A DNA stretch of 64,000 nt from Rhynchobatus australiae. Lineage: Eukaryota. Numbering within the stretch: position 1 is the first letter of the stretch; each line of letters opens with the position of its first letter. The translations under genes and the position numbers were made by a program. The DNA lies in assembly GCA_034780895.1 (NCBI GenBank), contig JAUZTB010000087.1:71566583-71630582 (forward strand), read 5' to 3'. Under the pieces are notes generated by a model. That model made no database searches. It was not told the origin of the DNA and worked only from the letters and a program-made list of their open reading frames with translations. This document shows positions 48,599 to 62,594 of the stretch, piece by piece.

Positions 48599-50339
48599 CT
48601 TTTGTGTGAATTTCTACTTACATAATTTCTCTGCAAATGTCCACTGACATTACTCATAAGAAATTCAATCCCATCATCTGGCTCGGTGGCTTGGTTGGGA
48701 TGCAATAATCCATGAAGGGGGCAGGATGCAATGACTGTAATCATCAGTATATAACTGACAAAAAATGATGTGAAGCCAAATGGAAATCATTATTAAGTTA
48801 CCAAATTATTTTAGTGTTCAATAAAGATTTAGAAACCAGTGCCTGTGTTTTATTTTGTGGTCTGTATCACCTTTGGTGATGAATTATTCTTTGCATTTTG
48901 CTGGAAGGAATCTGCACATATCTATTACACATTTTGCCAGTGAGACTTAAACAAAAAGAATGGTCCTCACCCAGATTTACCTACCCTTAAACTTATGTGA
49001 TGTTTTATGTGAGCATCTTACCTGAGAGTACCACAAGCAGAGTGGAGATGTTAGGTGCCTCTTCTGCCTGGCCAGTCAAATGCTTTGCAGTGGCAACAGC
49101 TCAGTTTGTATCAAGCAATTGTTTCCTACCAGCTGCTGTGAACAGAGCTATAAGTGGAGGAACCTATTCTACAGAACGAGGCATGATACAATGAATAAAC
49201 AAACACCAAGATTGCTTCATTGTGGAAGCTTAACATCAATGTTTTAAAAGAACAGGGTGCACCTGTAGTGTGGATACAATTAAGGTTAGCCAGTGTCTTT
49301 AGGATCCTTTCTTAGATTTTTTTAGAACATCTGTTCATTCCATATCATCTCTGTAATACCATGCAATAAGTGGTCAGTGTTAACTCGTTAGGCCGAAGGG
49401 TCTGTATCCGTGCTCTAATGTGTGGCACAACACACCAAATTCTGGATTGGAATTCCTGCAATCCAAAACTATTTTATTTTTCCCCAGTATATTTTTCCTA
49501 ATGTGACTGCCTGTTCACACTCTTGACTCCAGGGCAACAGTTAGGCACTTGCTTCACTTTATGGTGATATTGTTGACTGTTACTAACCTTCTGATCCTAA
49601 CCACACAGAATCCAACAGTGCAGTTTTGCATGGAAAATAGGTCTATTTATAAATCTGCCTGAATTTATTGACAGATTCACAACAGCCACCAACTTGTTGA
49701 GAGAAAAGGAAATGATGTGATTGATGTTAAGATCACAATGTAGTANNNNNNNNNNNNNNNNNNNNNNNNNNNNNNNNNNNNNNNNNNNNNNNNNNNNNNN
49801 NNNNNNNNNNNNNNNNNNNNNNNNNNNNNNNNNNNNNNNNNNNNNNNNNNNNNNNNNNNNNNNNNNNNNNNNNNNNNNNNNNNNNNNNNNNNNNNNNNNN
49901 NNNNNNNNNNNNNNNNNNNNNNNNNNNNNNNNNNNNNNNNNNNNNNNNNNNNNNNNNNNNNNNNNNNNNNNNNNNNNNNNNNNNNNNNNNNNNNNNNNNN
50001 NNNNNNNNNNNNNNNNNNNNNNNNNNNNNNNNNNTCCGTTACATACATATACTTCGCAAACAGTTCTGCGATGTATCATTCACAATCTTCTCCAATCCAG
50101 GCAAAACATATTTTATCTTTACTCTTGGTTTTAAATCCTTTAAACAGCTTCTTTCTGCACTACTGTATTTTCTCTTGCACAGTACTGAAACTTTCTGTTA
50201 AGAGCCTTATGACAAGCCACGTTGAACGTCTCCTCAGAATCCATAAGCTTTACAACAATTGTATTATTTTTATCTAGTCTATCCATCACACTTCAAAGCC
50301 TTTTAAACTTAGACAAGAGGTCACTACCCATATGATTTT

Positions 50340-50760
50340 TTTAAAATATTCTTTCATGGGGTATTGGCTTCACTGGCAAGGCCAGCTTTTATTACTTACC
50401 ACTAATTGTCCTCAAGAAACTGGCAGCAAGTCATATTCTTAAATCGCTGTATATTATAAATATAGCTAGGTAGGGAGTGCCCAGATTTACGAAGGGACAG
50501 TGATATATTTCCAAGTCAGATGGTGTGCAAATCAGAGAGAAACCTGCAGGTAGTGGTGATGGTCTGTAGCTAAGGGCCTTGTTTTGCTGGAGATGGTCTT
50601 TGGCCTATCACCTGTGCAGTATGAATGTCACTTGCTTTTAATTGGCCACTGCCTGAATATTGCCAAGGTTTTCCTGCATGAGGATACATCCCACTTTGTG
50701 ACATGAAGAATTGTTAATGAAACTGAATGCCCTGCAGTTATAAGCAAATGTCCCTGATTG
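50340..50760 (-). mobile_element. Family-B LINE remnant
   Basis: ctggcaaggccagcttttatt and gatatatttccaagtcagatgg are the reverse of the family-B 3' end. Confidence 0.7.
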
Positions 50761-51629
50761 TAATTCCTAAACCAAACTCCTAAGACTAGTCAGACTTGTC
50801 AAGGAACCTGAATGTTTCTGAATGTCCATGACATTTGGAAACTTTCAAAAACTATTAAAAATCAATGAAAAAACTAAATGTTTAAAATTATTGATGAATA
50901 CCTCTTAAATAATTAAAAACATCTTAGGAAAAGTAAAATTAAATTATTTTTTAATTATCCATGTCACTTTCAGCCATTCCTCTACAGATAAACAAATAGC
51001 CTTGTCGTTTATGCATTCATGCAAGGATTCCTTTTATATCCTGCAGTTTTGCACTTCAGATCTCCTTTCCTGACTCCTCTATAACTTTCAGACCTTTCTT
51101 CTATCAGGAGTTTTGCAATTGTAATTTGGTAACTTGAAGGAAATCACTGCTGTCATTTTCTTTATTGCTGTTTCACTAATTTAAATGTTTTTAAGTTTCA
51201 TATTAATTCTAATGGACCAAAAAATTGCTGCTTTATACCAGTAGCACCGGAACAAACAGCTGATATTTATTCCAAATCCCCAGATATTGACCTGCTCCCT
51301 GATCGCATCATGATCCATAACGGCAAGGCATCACAATGGCAAGTCCTTCTGTGATATTAGTTCTTGATAGGCCTAATAGTTTTCTGCTGTTTCACAGGCC
51401 AGAATAAGACCTGCTTATAAAACATCCCTAATTCTGATTTATGATTGAGAGAAGGCCAACAGGGAAGTAGTTGAAGATGATTGAACCTAGGGAACTGCCT
51501 AATTTGCACCATACTTACTGCATAGATATGCAACAATCATGGGGGGGGGGGCTTATCACGAGCAGCACATTCTAGCCCAACGTTTTTTTTATCCATTGAA
51601 CCCAATTCCTCAAAGACTCCCTCTAGTCC

Positions 51630-52050
51630 AGTAAACAAAGACTTGCATTCATATAGTCTCTGTTAGGGCCTCCAGACATCACAAAACGCTTTTCAATCAA
51701 CAAAGTACGTTTGAAGTGCAATCACTGTCGTGATGTAGGAGGCATGGCAGCAAACACGCGGCAAGTTGTCACAGTCAGCAAAATAATATTGACCAGGTCA
51801 TCTGCTTTAGAAATGCTGACTGAGAAATAATGTTGGTCGGAACGCCAGGGGTAACTCTCTGGCCTTTTGTCAAAAAAGTGAAGTACGATATATGTCTATC
51901 AGTAAACTCAGATAGCACCTTGGATTACCATCTCTTATGCATGTTGACATATCTCTCTCTGTACTTCACTGTAAGCCTAGATTTCTGTGCTCTAACCTCT
52001 GAAGTGCAATTTAACCCACAACTTTCTGTCAAAGTGCTACTGACTGACCT
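51630..52050 (-). mobile_element. DeuSINE
   Basis: aaagacttgcattcatatag...tttgaagtgcaatcactgtcgt...aacccacaactttctg is the reverse DeuSINE. Confidence 0.75.
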
Positions 52051-54009
52051 GTGGCCTGAAATATAAAAGTGCATTTATTTTGCACTTTATCGATTCAGTA
52101 ATAGCTGATTGCTGCTGCTGACCTATTAATTTATTTGCTAACTTTTCCCATGATTACAGACACTATTCTTCAAAGACAGACCATGCTCTATGTCTCTCAG
52201 GTTAAAGCTGCAACTGAGGGTATCATGAACAAGTCTGTCCATTGCATTGCATTTTAATTATTGAATGCTTTTTTAGAACAAACGCATCAAATTTAGCAAA
52301 CTGGAGAGCAACATTAAATTAATTTGCTTGAAAGAAATGTTTCTGAGCTGTTAAAGTACATCTTAAAACCAGGTCAGTTTGGATCCATTGAACTAAAATA
52401 GAGTTTTGATAATTTACGTTTTAGTCATGGAACTAGCGAAAGCTAAGGACATCCATTTAAGCCATCACCAGCAATTTGGTGAATAGGGAAGATTGGCTAC
52501 TTGTACTATTCTTTCCAGGAATGAATTTCCAACTGAATGTGAAATATATATTTATTCCAATTTAAAACAACCTTCAATAATATGCAGAAAGAAATTTTTG
52601 AGATTCTGAAGACAAATATCTTTTTATTGGAAAGTTCTGTCAGCAACGTTGGTTATCTTTATTCCCAGCACTCATCCTACACGTAAGTTTGGAAGATCAA
52701 CGCTTCCTTCTCTTTTGTATAGTCATGAATAAATCTCTTGTGGCTCTTAAATGCTCTTTCCACTATTTTCTAAGAATTTTAATTGGAATGGTGACATGCA
52801 CATAATTTGAGGTCCTCTGATGAGCATGGTCAGTCAGGAAACTTTCTTTTTATAAGTGCTTTTATTTGGAAGATTATTTATTTGTTTGTTTGGCAGCCAA
52901 TCTCTCATGACATCTCCAGGCATGATCTGTGTTCAATTGTTTCTTTTGGAGAGCAGATTGAAATTCCTCTGGATCAGGACCATCTCAGTTTTGCCCCTCC
53001 TCAAACAAGTGATTGATATTGTCAGACCTGAGCTTGGAGAAATTTATGGAAAATCGGCTTCTCGATCTAACCAGAGACCTGTGGAGATTTAACAGGCAGC
53101 TGATCATTGAAGCAAAAGAGAAGCTTGACTGTCTGTGGTACTAACAGCCACTCTTAGTTAAGCTACTAAAGCAGATTAAAGAAATTAGAAGGAACCTTGT
53201 GGGGGAGGGTTTGTGGTTATGTCACAGGGTGCAGATGATGGGGGGAGGGGGGCAGAGTTGGGAGGGAGATAATGATGGCCAGGAGAGAATGTATCCATGG
53301 GCAATTGGGTTGGGAGTCAAGTGGGTGGGCTGGGGCTGGGCAGAAAGGAGAATGGTGGAATTTGGGAGCAGGAGAACCTTCCTGGTCCATACTGGATGTT
53401 GCACAACAGGTCCTCCACTGTGGGTGAGGTTTTCCGAAGGAAACCTTATTTGTATGTGCCCAGGATTTAATGTCCATTTCTGGTATGGGCAATCATACTG
53501 TGAGTTTTTGGCAGTTATCATTATGTTCAGCGATATAATATTGGTTCAAAAGGATCACATGCTTGTTGTTTATCAGATTTGCTTGATGTGCTAGCTTTGT
53601 TTGTGGAACATAAGATGTTTGGGCTAGGATTGGTGCATATTTCACTCATTACATCAAATTCTACAGGAAAACTAAAATATAACACGTAAAATGAGAACAG
53701 ACTGTTTAGCTTGTTCCTACAAATACCAATACTGTGCCTCACCTTAATTTTTCAATCTCCTGATAGATAAGAATAACCAAGTGTAAAAGCAAATAAGAAG
53801 CAAAGGATGATGTTCTGAGATCCATCCCACACTCTCCCTGCATAAGAGGCTGGATGGAGAATTGCCCAACAATCTTGACAAATATAGCTTCTAAGTCAGC
53901 ATTCAAAACTGCTGGACACATGTAGTATTTGATCAGCTTCACCTGTAGTTTTCGTCTTCACGTTTTTTTTGTAGCTATATTTGCATCCAGTTCTTTTAAA
54001 GAGTTAATG

Positions 54010-55235
54010 GGAATTGATTGCACCTATCTTGTTCTTTTTCTCTGATCCCTGGGCACGCTGGGGGTTTTTAATTTTGTATCCATGTCCTTTTGTTGTCCTG
54101 CAGTCAAAATGTAAGTTATATAACCTGCTTACATGCATGCTTTTCAACATTTTAAAGACCTGGATTATATCTCCTTCAATCTTTCCTCCTTTAAATCTAG
54201 GCAAGCCAAGGTTGCCTGTTTATCTTCTTAATAGTCAGGAAATAATCTTTATCACTCCTTCACTATCCCTCCCAATATATTGTTGTCCTTTTAAAGACAG
54301 ACATTCACAGCACTGCACAAAATATTCCAAAATTGATTTTTTACCAGTAAGATTTAAAGGGTCGGAATAATCTATTTTGATATGTGATCAAATGCCCTTG
54401 AGATGCATTCTAGTGATTAACCTTGTTGAGAGCACTGCACATTGCCTATATGCTCAATAATCACACTCAGTTTATCTGCATCTTTGCTGATGGAACCCTC
54501 TCCACATTGTATATATTTATTGCATTCCAGATCGNNNNNNNNNNNNNNNNNNNNNNNNNNNNNNNNNNNNNNNNNNNNNNNNNNNNNNNNNNNNNNNNNN
54601 NNNNNNNNNNNNNNNNNNNNNNNNNNNNNNNNNNNNNNNNNNNNNNNNNNNNNNNNNNNNNNNNNNNNNNNNNNNNNNNNNNNNNNNNNNNNNNNNNNNN
54701 NNNNNNNNNNNNNNNNNNNNNNNNNNNNNNNNNNNNNNNNNNNNNCCCGCATGAGGTCCATATCCTTCCTTGCCTTGCCTATTCAAGTGCCTGTCTAAAT
54801 GTCTCTGAAACATAGTGATTGTATCTGATTTCACTACCCCCTCTGGCAGTGAGTTCCAGACATCAACCACTTTCCCCTCACATCCTCCATAAAGCTCGTT
54901 CCTCTCACAAATCTATACCCATCGGATTCTGACTATCTACCTTATCCAAGCCTCTTACAATTTTACCCCTTGCCTCCTTTGCTCCAGGGAAAACATATCC
55001 AGCCTACTCAATCCCCCCCTATATCCAAAGTCCTTCAAATCAGGCAACATCATGGTGAATCTCCTCTGCACTCTCTCCAGCACAACCACATCCCTCCTCT
55101 AGTGTGATAACCAGAACTGCATACAATACTTCAAGTGTGATCTCACCAGTGTATTGTAAATGTGCAGCAAAACATCCCAACTTTTGTATTCTATACCCTG
55201 ACTTATGAAGGCAAACATGACATCTTGGATTAATT
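54010..55235 (-). mobile_element. Two CR1 LINE fragments separated by a gap
   Basis: EGDIIQVFKMLK...TKGHGYKI; VDVWNSLPEGVV; IYNTLVRSHLKYCMQFW. Confidence 0.85.
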
Positions 55236-58136
55236 GGCAATTGTATATTCTCTTAACGATTAGTATAAATCCAAATAGTTTCCTGTGTAATGCTATACTC
55301 GCTGTGCCATTTCTGACTACTCTCCTATTAACTGTCTTCTGCTTTCTGCTATTTAGCCAACTTACAATACAGCTGGCTGGTGAGAGGAGGCACATGGAAA
55401 TCTCCCTTTGCCAGCCAGCAAAAGGTGCCTGCAGCCCCGCAGCAGCTGGCAAATCCATCCCCATCCATCCTGCTGGTCTCCCAAATGTTCATTCATATGT
55501 ATGCGGTGTCCATAAGTTAGGCATTCATAGCCTGGGGAGGACCTGTACTTTAAATGTAAATTTTTTTCACTTGAAAGGTATTCAAAAGATTTGTAAGTGT
55601 CATAACAGAGCCTCTCGATTTTTATTCAATTTTATTAGCTGTGACTCAGCTGGTAGTACTTTTGCCTTTAAGTCAGAGGTATTTNNNNNNNNNNNNNNNN
55701 NNNNNNNNNNNNNNNNNNNNNNNNNNNNNNNNNNNNNNNNNNNNNNNNNNNNNNNNNNNNNNNNNNNNNNNNNNNNNNNNNNNNNNNNNNNNNNNNNNNN
55801 NNNNNNNNNNNNNNNNNNNNNNNNNNNNNNNNNNNNNNNNNNNNNNNNNNNNNNNNNNNNNNNNNNNNNNNNNNNNNNNNNNNNNNNNNNNNNNNNNNNN
55901 NNNNNNNNNNNNNNNNNNNNNNNNNNNNNNNNNNNNNNNNNNNNNNNNNNNNNNNNNNNNNNNNNNNNNNNNNNNNNNNNNNNNNNNNNNNNNNNNNNNN
56001 NNNNNNNNNNNNNNNNNNNNNNNNNNNNNNNNNNNNNNNNNNNNNNNNNNNNNNNNNNNNNNNNNNNNNNNNNNNNNNNNNNNNNNNNNNNNNNNNNNNN
56101 NNNNNNNNNNNNNNNNNNNNNNNNNNNNNNNNNNNNNNNNNNNNNNNNNNNNNNNNNNNNNNNNNNNNNNNNNNNNNNNNNNNNNNNNNNNNNNNNNNNN
56201 NNNNNNNNNNNNNNNNNNNNNNNNNNNNNNNNNNNNNNNNNNNNNNNNNNNNNNNNNNNNNNNNNNNNNNNNNNNNNNNNNNNNNNNNNNNNNNNNNNNN
56301 NNNNNNNNNNNNNNNNNNNNNNNNNNNNNNNNGTCATTTTTCAACGGGACACAAAGGGACATCTTTCCATCATATCCCATTAGATTTCTCAACCAGGATC
56401 ATTGTACTTGTAGCCTAAACTAATTTTATGGTCCTCTGCTTATAGACTAATGCATTGACTTGATATCACTATCACAACAGAATGTGTGCATTTTGTTTAA
56501 AAAAAGAAATGGAGTAGGAATTGTCTATCTACCTACTGCAAAACTGATCAGATTAATCTATTCAACTTTTGCTTCAGCATTGCCTTTGTAGTTATCCATT
56601 CATTAATTGTTGAGAAATTGTGAATTGTTGAGAAGGCCTATTCTGCCTGTGGAGTACTCGGACTTTAATGCAGCATTTACAAAGGCAGATGTAATGCTGC
56701 TCTTGAATGTGATAAGCTTTTATTACCTTATTATTAGATGATCCAGTTAGTTATTAGTTTTTACAGTTATGGGCCCGATAACAGCAATAGAATTTTTCCC
56801 AGTTCTCCTATTCATTTTATCTTCCTTTTTGAAAAGCAATTGCTGGTGCTTTCAGAGTGAAATCACTGCAAATAAAATGGCTCCTTTTTGTTGTTTATTT
56901 GATATTGGTACTGATGCGAGACCCAACAATTTTCACGAGCTTGATTTTGAACAGCCAACTCCTCACTCTTCCTTGTGAGATGTTACTGACAGTGAAGTGG
57001 GACTTCCTTTTATGTACTCATTGTTATTTGCAGGAGAAGCTACAAACATGGGTTTTGCTTTACATATTTTACCAGGTTCATTTGTACAAGTCCTGCCTTG
57101 GAGCAACCAGAATATCTTACATTTAGAAAAGATCTCATTCAGCAAAGTAATTAGTCACATGCTATGGTCACCAAGGGGATGACAATAGAACTCCACCTTG
57201 TAACTCCTCATATGCATTTTCCCTTAAACTCTTTTGGAGGCAGGTCAAGGCCATACTTACTAAAAAAAAATGTAAATTATTTTATTTTACAAAAGTGCAG
57301 AGTAACAGTTATTACTATTGGACTCACTTTATTCACAAACACAACGTTCCATAAAATAACACAAAATAACAAACCCAACGTGCTTCCCCAAATTGTTGCT
57401 TGACTTGAATGCATAAACCTTTAATAGATTTGGTGCCCTCTAACATATCGAGAAGTCTGAAATGGTAAAACCAGGAGCAATCTCTATAATGGGAGGTGGA
57501 TGAGTAGAACAAGCAGAAGGGTGCTTCTAAAACCAGGATATGTTTTTTAGACAGAGAGAGAGGGGAAACTCAGCTTAGAAATAAGTGTGGCGATACAGCT
57601 GTGTATAAATATGTTGCCTTGTATTGTGAAATCTCCTTGAGATCAAGGAGGTGAGTTCTAAGTTAGCTAGACCAGACACAGTTAACAATGTGGAAGATAC
57701 ATTTAAGCAGGAACTGAAGGTCTAACAGGAACGAACAGCACTCTAAAGATAGAATTTCATCACCGTGATATCTCAGAAGGCCAATATCTACATCCCAGGA
57801 GGAAGGCAAGGTAACCAGTTCATTTAGCTCATTAGATGAGGTTGCTAAGTTTTGGAAACATTGTGAACGATGAGCATGCAGACTTTAATCTATTCAATAG
57901 ATTGGCTGTCTAATGCTGTTAACCTGTCAGCAGTGTAAGGAGTGCAATCTTAAATTAATCTCACTAATTTATATCAATGTCAGACACTGACCTCTTGTTA
58001 CCAGCAAGCGGCTGAAGCTAAATTACTGTGACACAACTTAACAGCCTTTGTAACCTTTATTATTTCTTTCATCAATTAAAAACAACTTGTACGTGTACAA
58101 TACCTTTCCCCAGCAAAACATCCAAGGCATTTGACA

Positions 58137-58287
58137 TGAAAACTCTTTTTTACCAAGGTTTTTGACATAAGTCTTAACAGTTCCTTGTTAGGGGCTGGCG
58201 TCAAATCCTGTTCGATGGCACTTCTTTGAAGTGTCCTGGGACCTTCTACTTTAGGAAAGGCACCATGTAAGTTTAAGTTTTTGTTGT
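58137..58287 (+). mobile_element. L2 LINE tail
   Basis: ctttttaccaagg...ggcgtcaaat...ctgggaccttctac...aaaggcacc...ttgttg. Confidence 0.6.
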
Positions 58288-58474
58288 GACTAACCCTACC
58301 AATGAATATTTTACATGTTATAGGAATAAGGTTAATAAACAATTACCAGCTCATTGCTTTGATGTCTGATTTTGCTGATCAGCAAAAAAAGCATAAGGTT
58401 CATTCAATTGGTAGATTGTACAGTTCTTGATGGGATGTTAATGGTGCAAATGTGAATAGAACCCCAATTTGTTG

Positions 58475-59340
58475 AATCATAGAAAAATCATAGAGATTTA
58501 TGTCACAGAAAGGAGGTCATACAGGCCTCAGAATTCATGCAGCTAAAGATTTACTGATCCAACATAATAGATCTCAGTCCATAGACTTGTAGGTTATGGT
58601 TCAAGTTCTCATCCAGTGCTGCCTCAAATGTGATGAGACTTTCTGCCTTCACCTCTCCTTCTGCCTCCACTACCCTATCATGTGAAGAGTTCCTGACCCA
58701 CTCTAATCTTTGGGTAATTTCTTTTTCTTCAAATTTCATCCTTTGATCAATTAACTAATCAGTCCAGATCTCCTAGTTAATGATTTCTCTGATAGATGAC
58801 ATAGGGTGAATATGAAGGACCAATCACAGTGTTCCNNNNNNNNNNATTTCTAGTCACGTGCTCTTAAATTTCCCCTGCACCCTCTCCAGCACTACCACAT
58901 TTCCTGTAACGTGGTGATCAGGACTGTTGACAGTATTCTAACTGTCCTCTAACTTGAGTTACTTAGTATACAGTTCTGGTACGACCTTACTGTTCTTCTG
59001 TTCCGCTGAAGGGTCTTGCACCGAAACATTGACTGTTTATTTCCCTCCATAGATGCTGCCTGACCTGCTGAGTTCCTCCAGCACTTTGCATGTGTTGCTT
59101 ACTGTCTTCTATTCTGTTGCTTGACCAATTAAGGCAACTATTGCATAAGCCTTTATAACCTGCTCACCTACCTGTTTGCTGCCTTCAGATATCTGTGGAC
59201 ATCCAACATAAGATCACTGTCTTCATCTACATGTGTTAATACTCACTATATATCATGCATTGTTGTGCCTTGTTTGCCTTCTCCAAATCCATTACCTCAC
59301 GATTCTCTGGATTGAATTCCTTTTACTGCTTATGTGTCTA
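58475..59340 (-). mobile_element. Old CR1 LINE with a PLE terminus inserted at about 59004-59097
   Basis: Reverse CR1 tail and ORF2; insert flanked by imperfect repeat cttactgttcttctgttc / cttactgtcttctattc. Confidence 0.75.
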
Positions 59341-59369
59341 AATTTCCATTAACACTATTAAATTAAAGG

Positions 59370-60105
59370 ATGAGGCTTCTAAAGTTTCCAGAAACATGAG
59401 GCTTGTGGAATGAAAGCATTTTAGAATTAAGCAAAGGAGGACCAAGAAATTGATAAAGAGAGGCAAGATAGAAAATGAAAGTAAATTGGCGCGAAACATG
59501 AAAACAGACTTTAAAAGAAGAAAGACCAGCAAGGACAAATATGGGGCCCAGCAAACAGAGACAGAAGAATTTATTCAGGGAAATATAAAGAAAATAGTAG
59601 AGGAATTAAACAATTATTTTGTGCCCGTCTTCAAAGAAGAAGACATTCAAAACCTGCAGAATAAATTAGAGAATCAAGGGTCCAGTAAGAATAAAGAACT
59701 GAAGAAACTAAGTATTCATCAAAATTTAGTACCAGAGGAATTGATGAGCTTTGAAGCTGATAAATTCCAAGCAGCCAATGATCTATAACCCAGATAATAG
59801 AAAACTTTAAAAAGATGAATAGGACTGAGCATATTCAACATGATTTATGGAAGAAAAATTGTGGAATAGGTAAGGAGAAACCTGTCAACCTGGTGCATTT
59901 GGATATTTGAAAGATTTATGAGAAAATCTTATACAGAAGTTGGTCAACAAGGATAAAGCACATGGAATCAGGAGTAGTATACTGACATGGATAATTATCA
60001 GACAAAAAGCAAACAATGGGAATAACAGATCCTGATTAGGTTGACAGACTGATGAGGTACTGGGTGTGAATTGTTGGCATCCATCTATATCAATGATTTG
60101 CCTGA
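59370..60105 (+). mobile_element. CR1 LINE, ORF2 linker to RT region
   Basis: RGKIENESKLARNMKTD...EELNNYF, LVHLDI*K, IYINDL. Confidence 0.8.
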
Positions 60106-60917
60106 TGGGAAAGGGGGCAGTGTATATGCACCTGTCTGCATCAATAGTGCTGAGGTCAAGAGGATTCAGAGCTTCAAGTTCCTGGGAGTGAACATCACCA
60201 ACAGCCTGTCCTGGTCAAATCACGTAGATGCCATGGCCAAGAAANNNNNNNNNNNNNNNNNNNNNNNNNNNNNNNNNNNNNNNNNNNNNNNNNNNNNNNN
60301 NNNNNNNNNNNNNNNNNNNNNNNNNNNNNNNNNNNNNNNNNNNNNNNNNNNNNNNNNNNNNNNNNNNNNNNNNNNNNNNNNNNNNNNNNNNNNNNNNNNN
60401 NNNNNNNNNNNNNNNNNNNNNNNNNNNNNNNNNNNNNNNNNNNNNNNNNNNNNNNNNNNNNNNNNNNNNNNNNNNNNNNNNNNNNNNNNNNNNNNNNNNN
60501 NNNNNNNNNNNNNNNNNNNNNNNNNNNNNNNNNNNNNNNNNNNNNNNNNNNNNNNNNNNNNNNNNNNNNNNNNNNNNNNNNNNNNNNNNNNNNNNNNNNN
60601 NNNNNNNNNNNNNNNNNNNNNNNNNNNNNNNNNNNNNNNNNNNNNNNNNNNNNNNNNNNNNNNNNNNNNNNNNNNNNNNNNNNTGACCTCACGATCTACC
60701 TTGTTGTGACCTTGCACATTATTGCACTGCACTTTCTCTGTAGCTGTGACACTTTACTCTGCACTGTTATTGTTTTTACCTGTACTACGTCAATGCACTC
60801 TGTACTGACTCCATGTAACTGCAGTGTAATGAATTGACCTGTACGATTGGTCTGCAAGACAAGTTTTTCACTGTACCTCTGTACAAGTGACAATAATAAA
60901 CCAATACCAATACCAAT
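60106..60917 (+). mobile_element. Rex1/Babar-clade LINE 3' part
   Basis: PVCINSAEVKRIQSFKFLGVNITNSLSWSNHVDAMAKK; 3' end tttttcactgtacctctgtacaagtgacaataataaa(ccaata)n. Confidence 0.85.
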
Positions 60918-60994
60918 GAGGGGACTTTGATAAATGGCAAAGCAGGCTCAAAGAGCAGATGGCCAACTCTTGCACCTATTTCTTATGCTCTCCT

Positions 60995-61285
60995 AGAGTC
61001 AAAGACTCATTAGGCATGGAAACAGGCCCTTCATCCCAACTGGTTCATCTGACAAGATCCCCATCCAAGCTAATCCATTTGCCTGTGTTTGGCCCATATC
61101 CCTCTAAACCTTTCCTATTCATGTACCTGTCCAGGTACCTTTTAAATGTTGTAAATGCATCTGCCTCAACCGCTTCCTCTGGTAGCTCATTGCATATACA
61201 GATCACCCTCTGGGTGAAAAAAATGCCCCTCAAGTTCCTATTAACTCTCTACCCTCTCACCCTTAACATATGTCCTCTAGTTATC
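60995..61285 (-). mobile_element. CR1 LINE 3' end
   Basis: RGIFFTQRVICICNELPEEAVEADAFTTFKRYLDRYM. Confidence 0.92.
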
Positions 61286-61717
61286 TTCTTAATATATCAA
61301 CATAGAACATGATAACATTCCCTGGTGTCCTGGCAACATTTATCCTCAATCAATATCAAAGAAGCAGATTACCTGGATAACCACACTATTTGTAGGAACT
61401 TTCCATATGCAAATTGACTGTTACCATGACAACAGTTCTTTGGGATATCATGAAGGGGATAATATCTTTTTCTGCTGCAGCATATTTTCCTGCAACACTA
61501 AAAATGGAAGAATAATGCCAGGTACACAAAGGCTGGCGAGTTTTTGACCAGCCCCAACACCATCTGGCAAATGGCCTGCTCTGTATCATAAATTTTCTAT
61601 GATTCCACAGGGATAAAAAAAAGAAAAAAAGAAAATTTTCATGTTTTGAATAGATACTGCGTAATAATGAATTGTGAGGTTTGGATGCTTCACAGATTCA
61701 CGATTTCACAGTAAGAT

Positions 61718-61834
61718 ATAGAACCATAGAACCATAGAACAATACAGCACAATACAGGCCCTTCGGCCCACCATGTTGTGCCACCCATCAAAACACACCT
61801 CACACTATCTAACCCTTTCCTCCTGCATATCCCT
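61718..61834 (-). mobile_element. Young CR1 tail
   Basis: (atagaacc)n tail; about 4 differences from 63294-63402 over about 110 bp. Confidence 0.88.
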
Positions 61835-62159
61835 NNNNNNNNNNNNNNNNNNNNNNNNNNNNNNNNNNNNNNNNNNNNNNNNNNNNNNNNNNNNNNNNNN
61901 NNNNNNNNNNNNNNNNNNNNNNNNNNNNNNNNNNATCTCAGCTCCACAAATACAGACTCATGAACCATCGTGGTTTTGAAACCAGTTGGTTGATTCTATT
62001 TATGCTCCCTGTACTATAACGAACTATAACACATCTGTAGGATGGGGAGGGGGGAGTTATATCTGCCAGCTGCCTGTTTGCCCCTGAAGAATAGGTGATC
62101 AATAGGAATTCTGGTGGGTACATTGGATAGCCATTAACCTACCAGAGAGAAGGTGCAAT

Positions 62160-62300
62160 GGAATCAAAAATACAAGGTCTTGCCCAGGATGTGACCCAAC
62201 TGAGGCACCCTTAAACTTGAAGCGAATGGCGATGCAAGATGCCCAGCAGCATCATTGTCATGTTCAATGTAACAGCAGCAGGTCTGAACAGTGTACAGCT
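62160..62300 (+). mobile_element. Possible Tx1 ORF1 remnant
   Basis: Weak: RM*PN...GTLKLEANG resembles the GIWT...VTLKVDANG motif I recall from Tx1 ORF1. Confidence 0.25.
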
Positions 62301-62594
62301 TCACTGTGTAGAGCAACTTAACCATCAATCGGTTGGATGAGGAGGTCCAATTGCATTCCACTTGCAGCAGAGGGAGGGGGCCCTCTGAGTTGCTGATTTT
62401 CCACTGCACAAGCAGTCCCGTCATTACACGAACAGTGAAGGTCCCCAGTCTGGCATTCTCAACCACATCCTCGGTACTGCATGAACTATCAGGGATACTT
62501 TTCTTTTAGTCCGTTTCTCTTTTTGTGATATCACTGGACAACTATTTACTGGAAGCCATTCTGCTTATGCATCAGGAATACCATTTACCCTGGA

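Noticed and set aside
52066-52088. AAAGTGCA/TGCACTTT hairpin resembling a miR-17-type seed
   Set aside because: Only an 8-bp stem, far too short for a pre-miRNA.
55205-56383. Longest ORF in the track (392 aa) and the other X-rich ORFs
   Set aside because: Length comes from reading through N-runs; the real part has no recognisable protein features.
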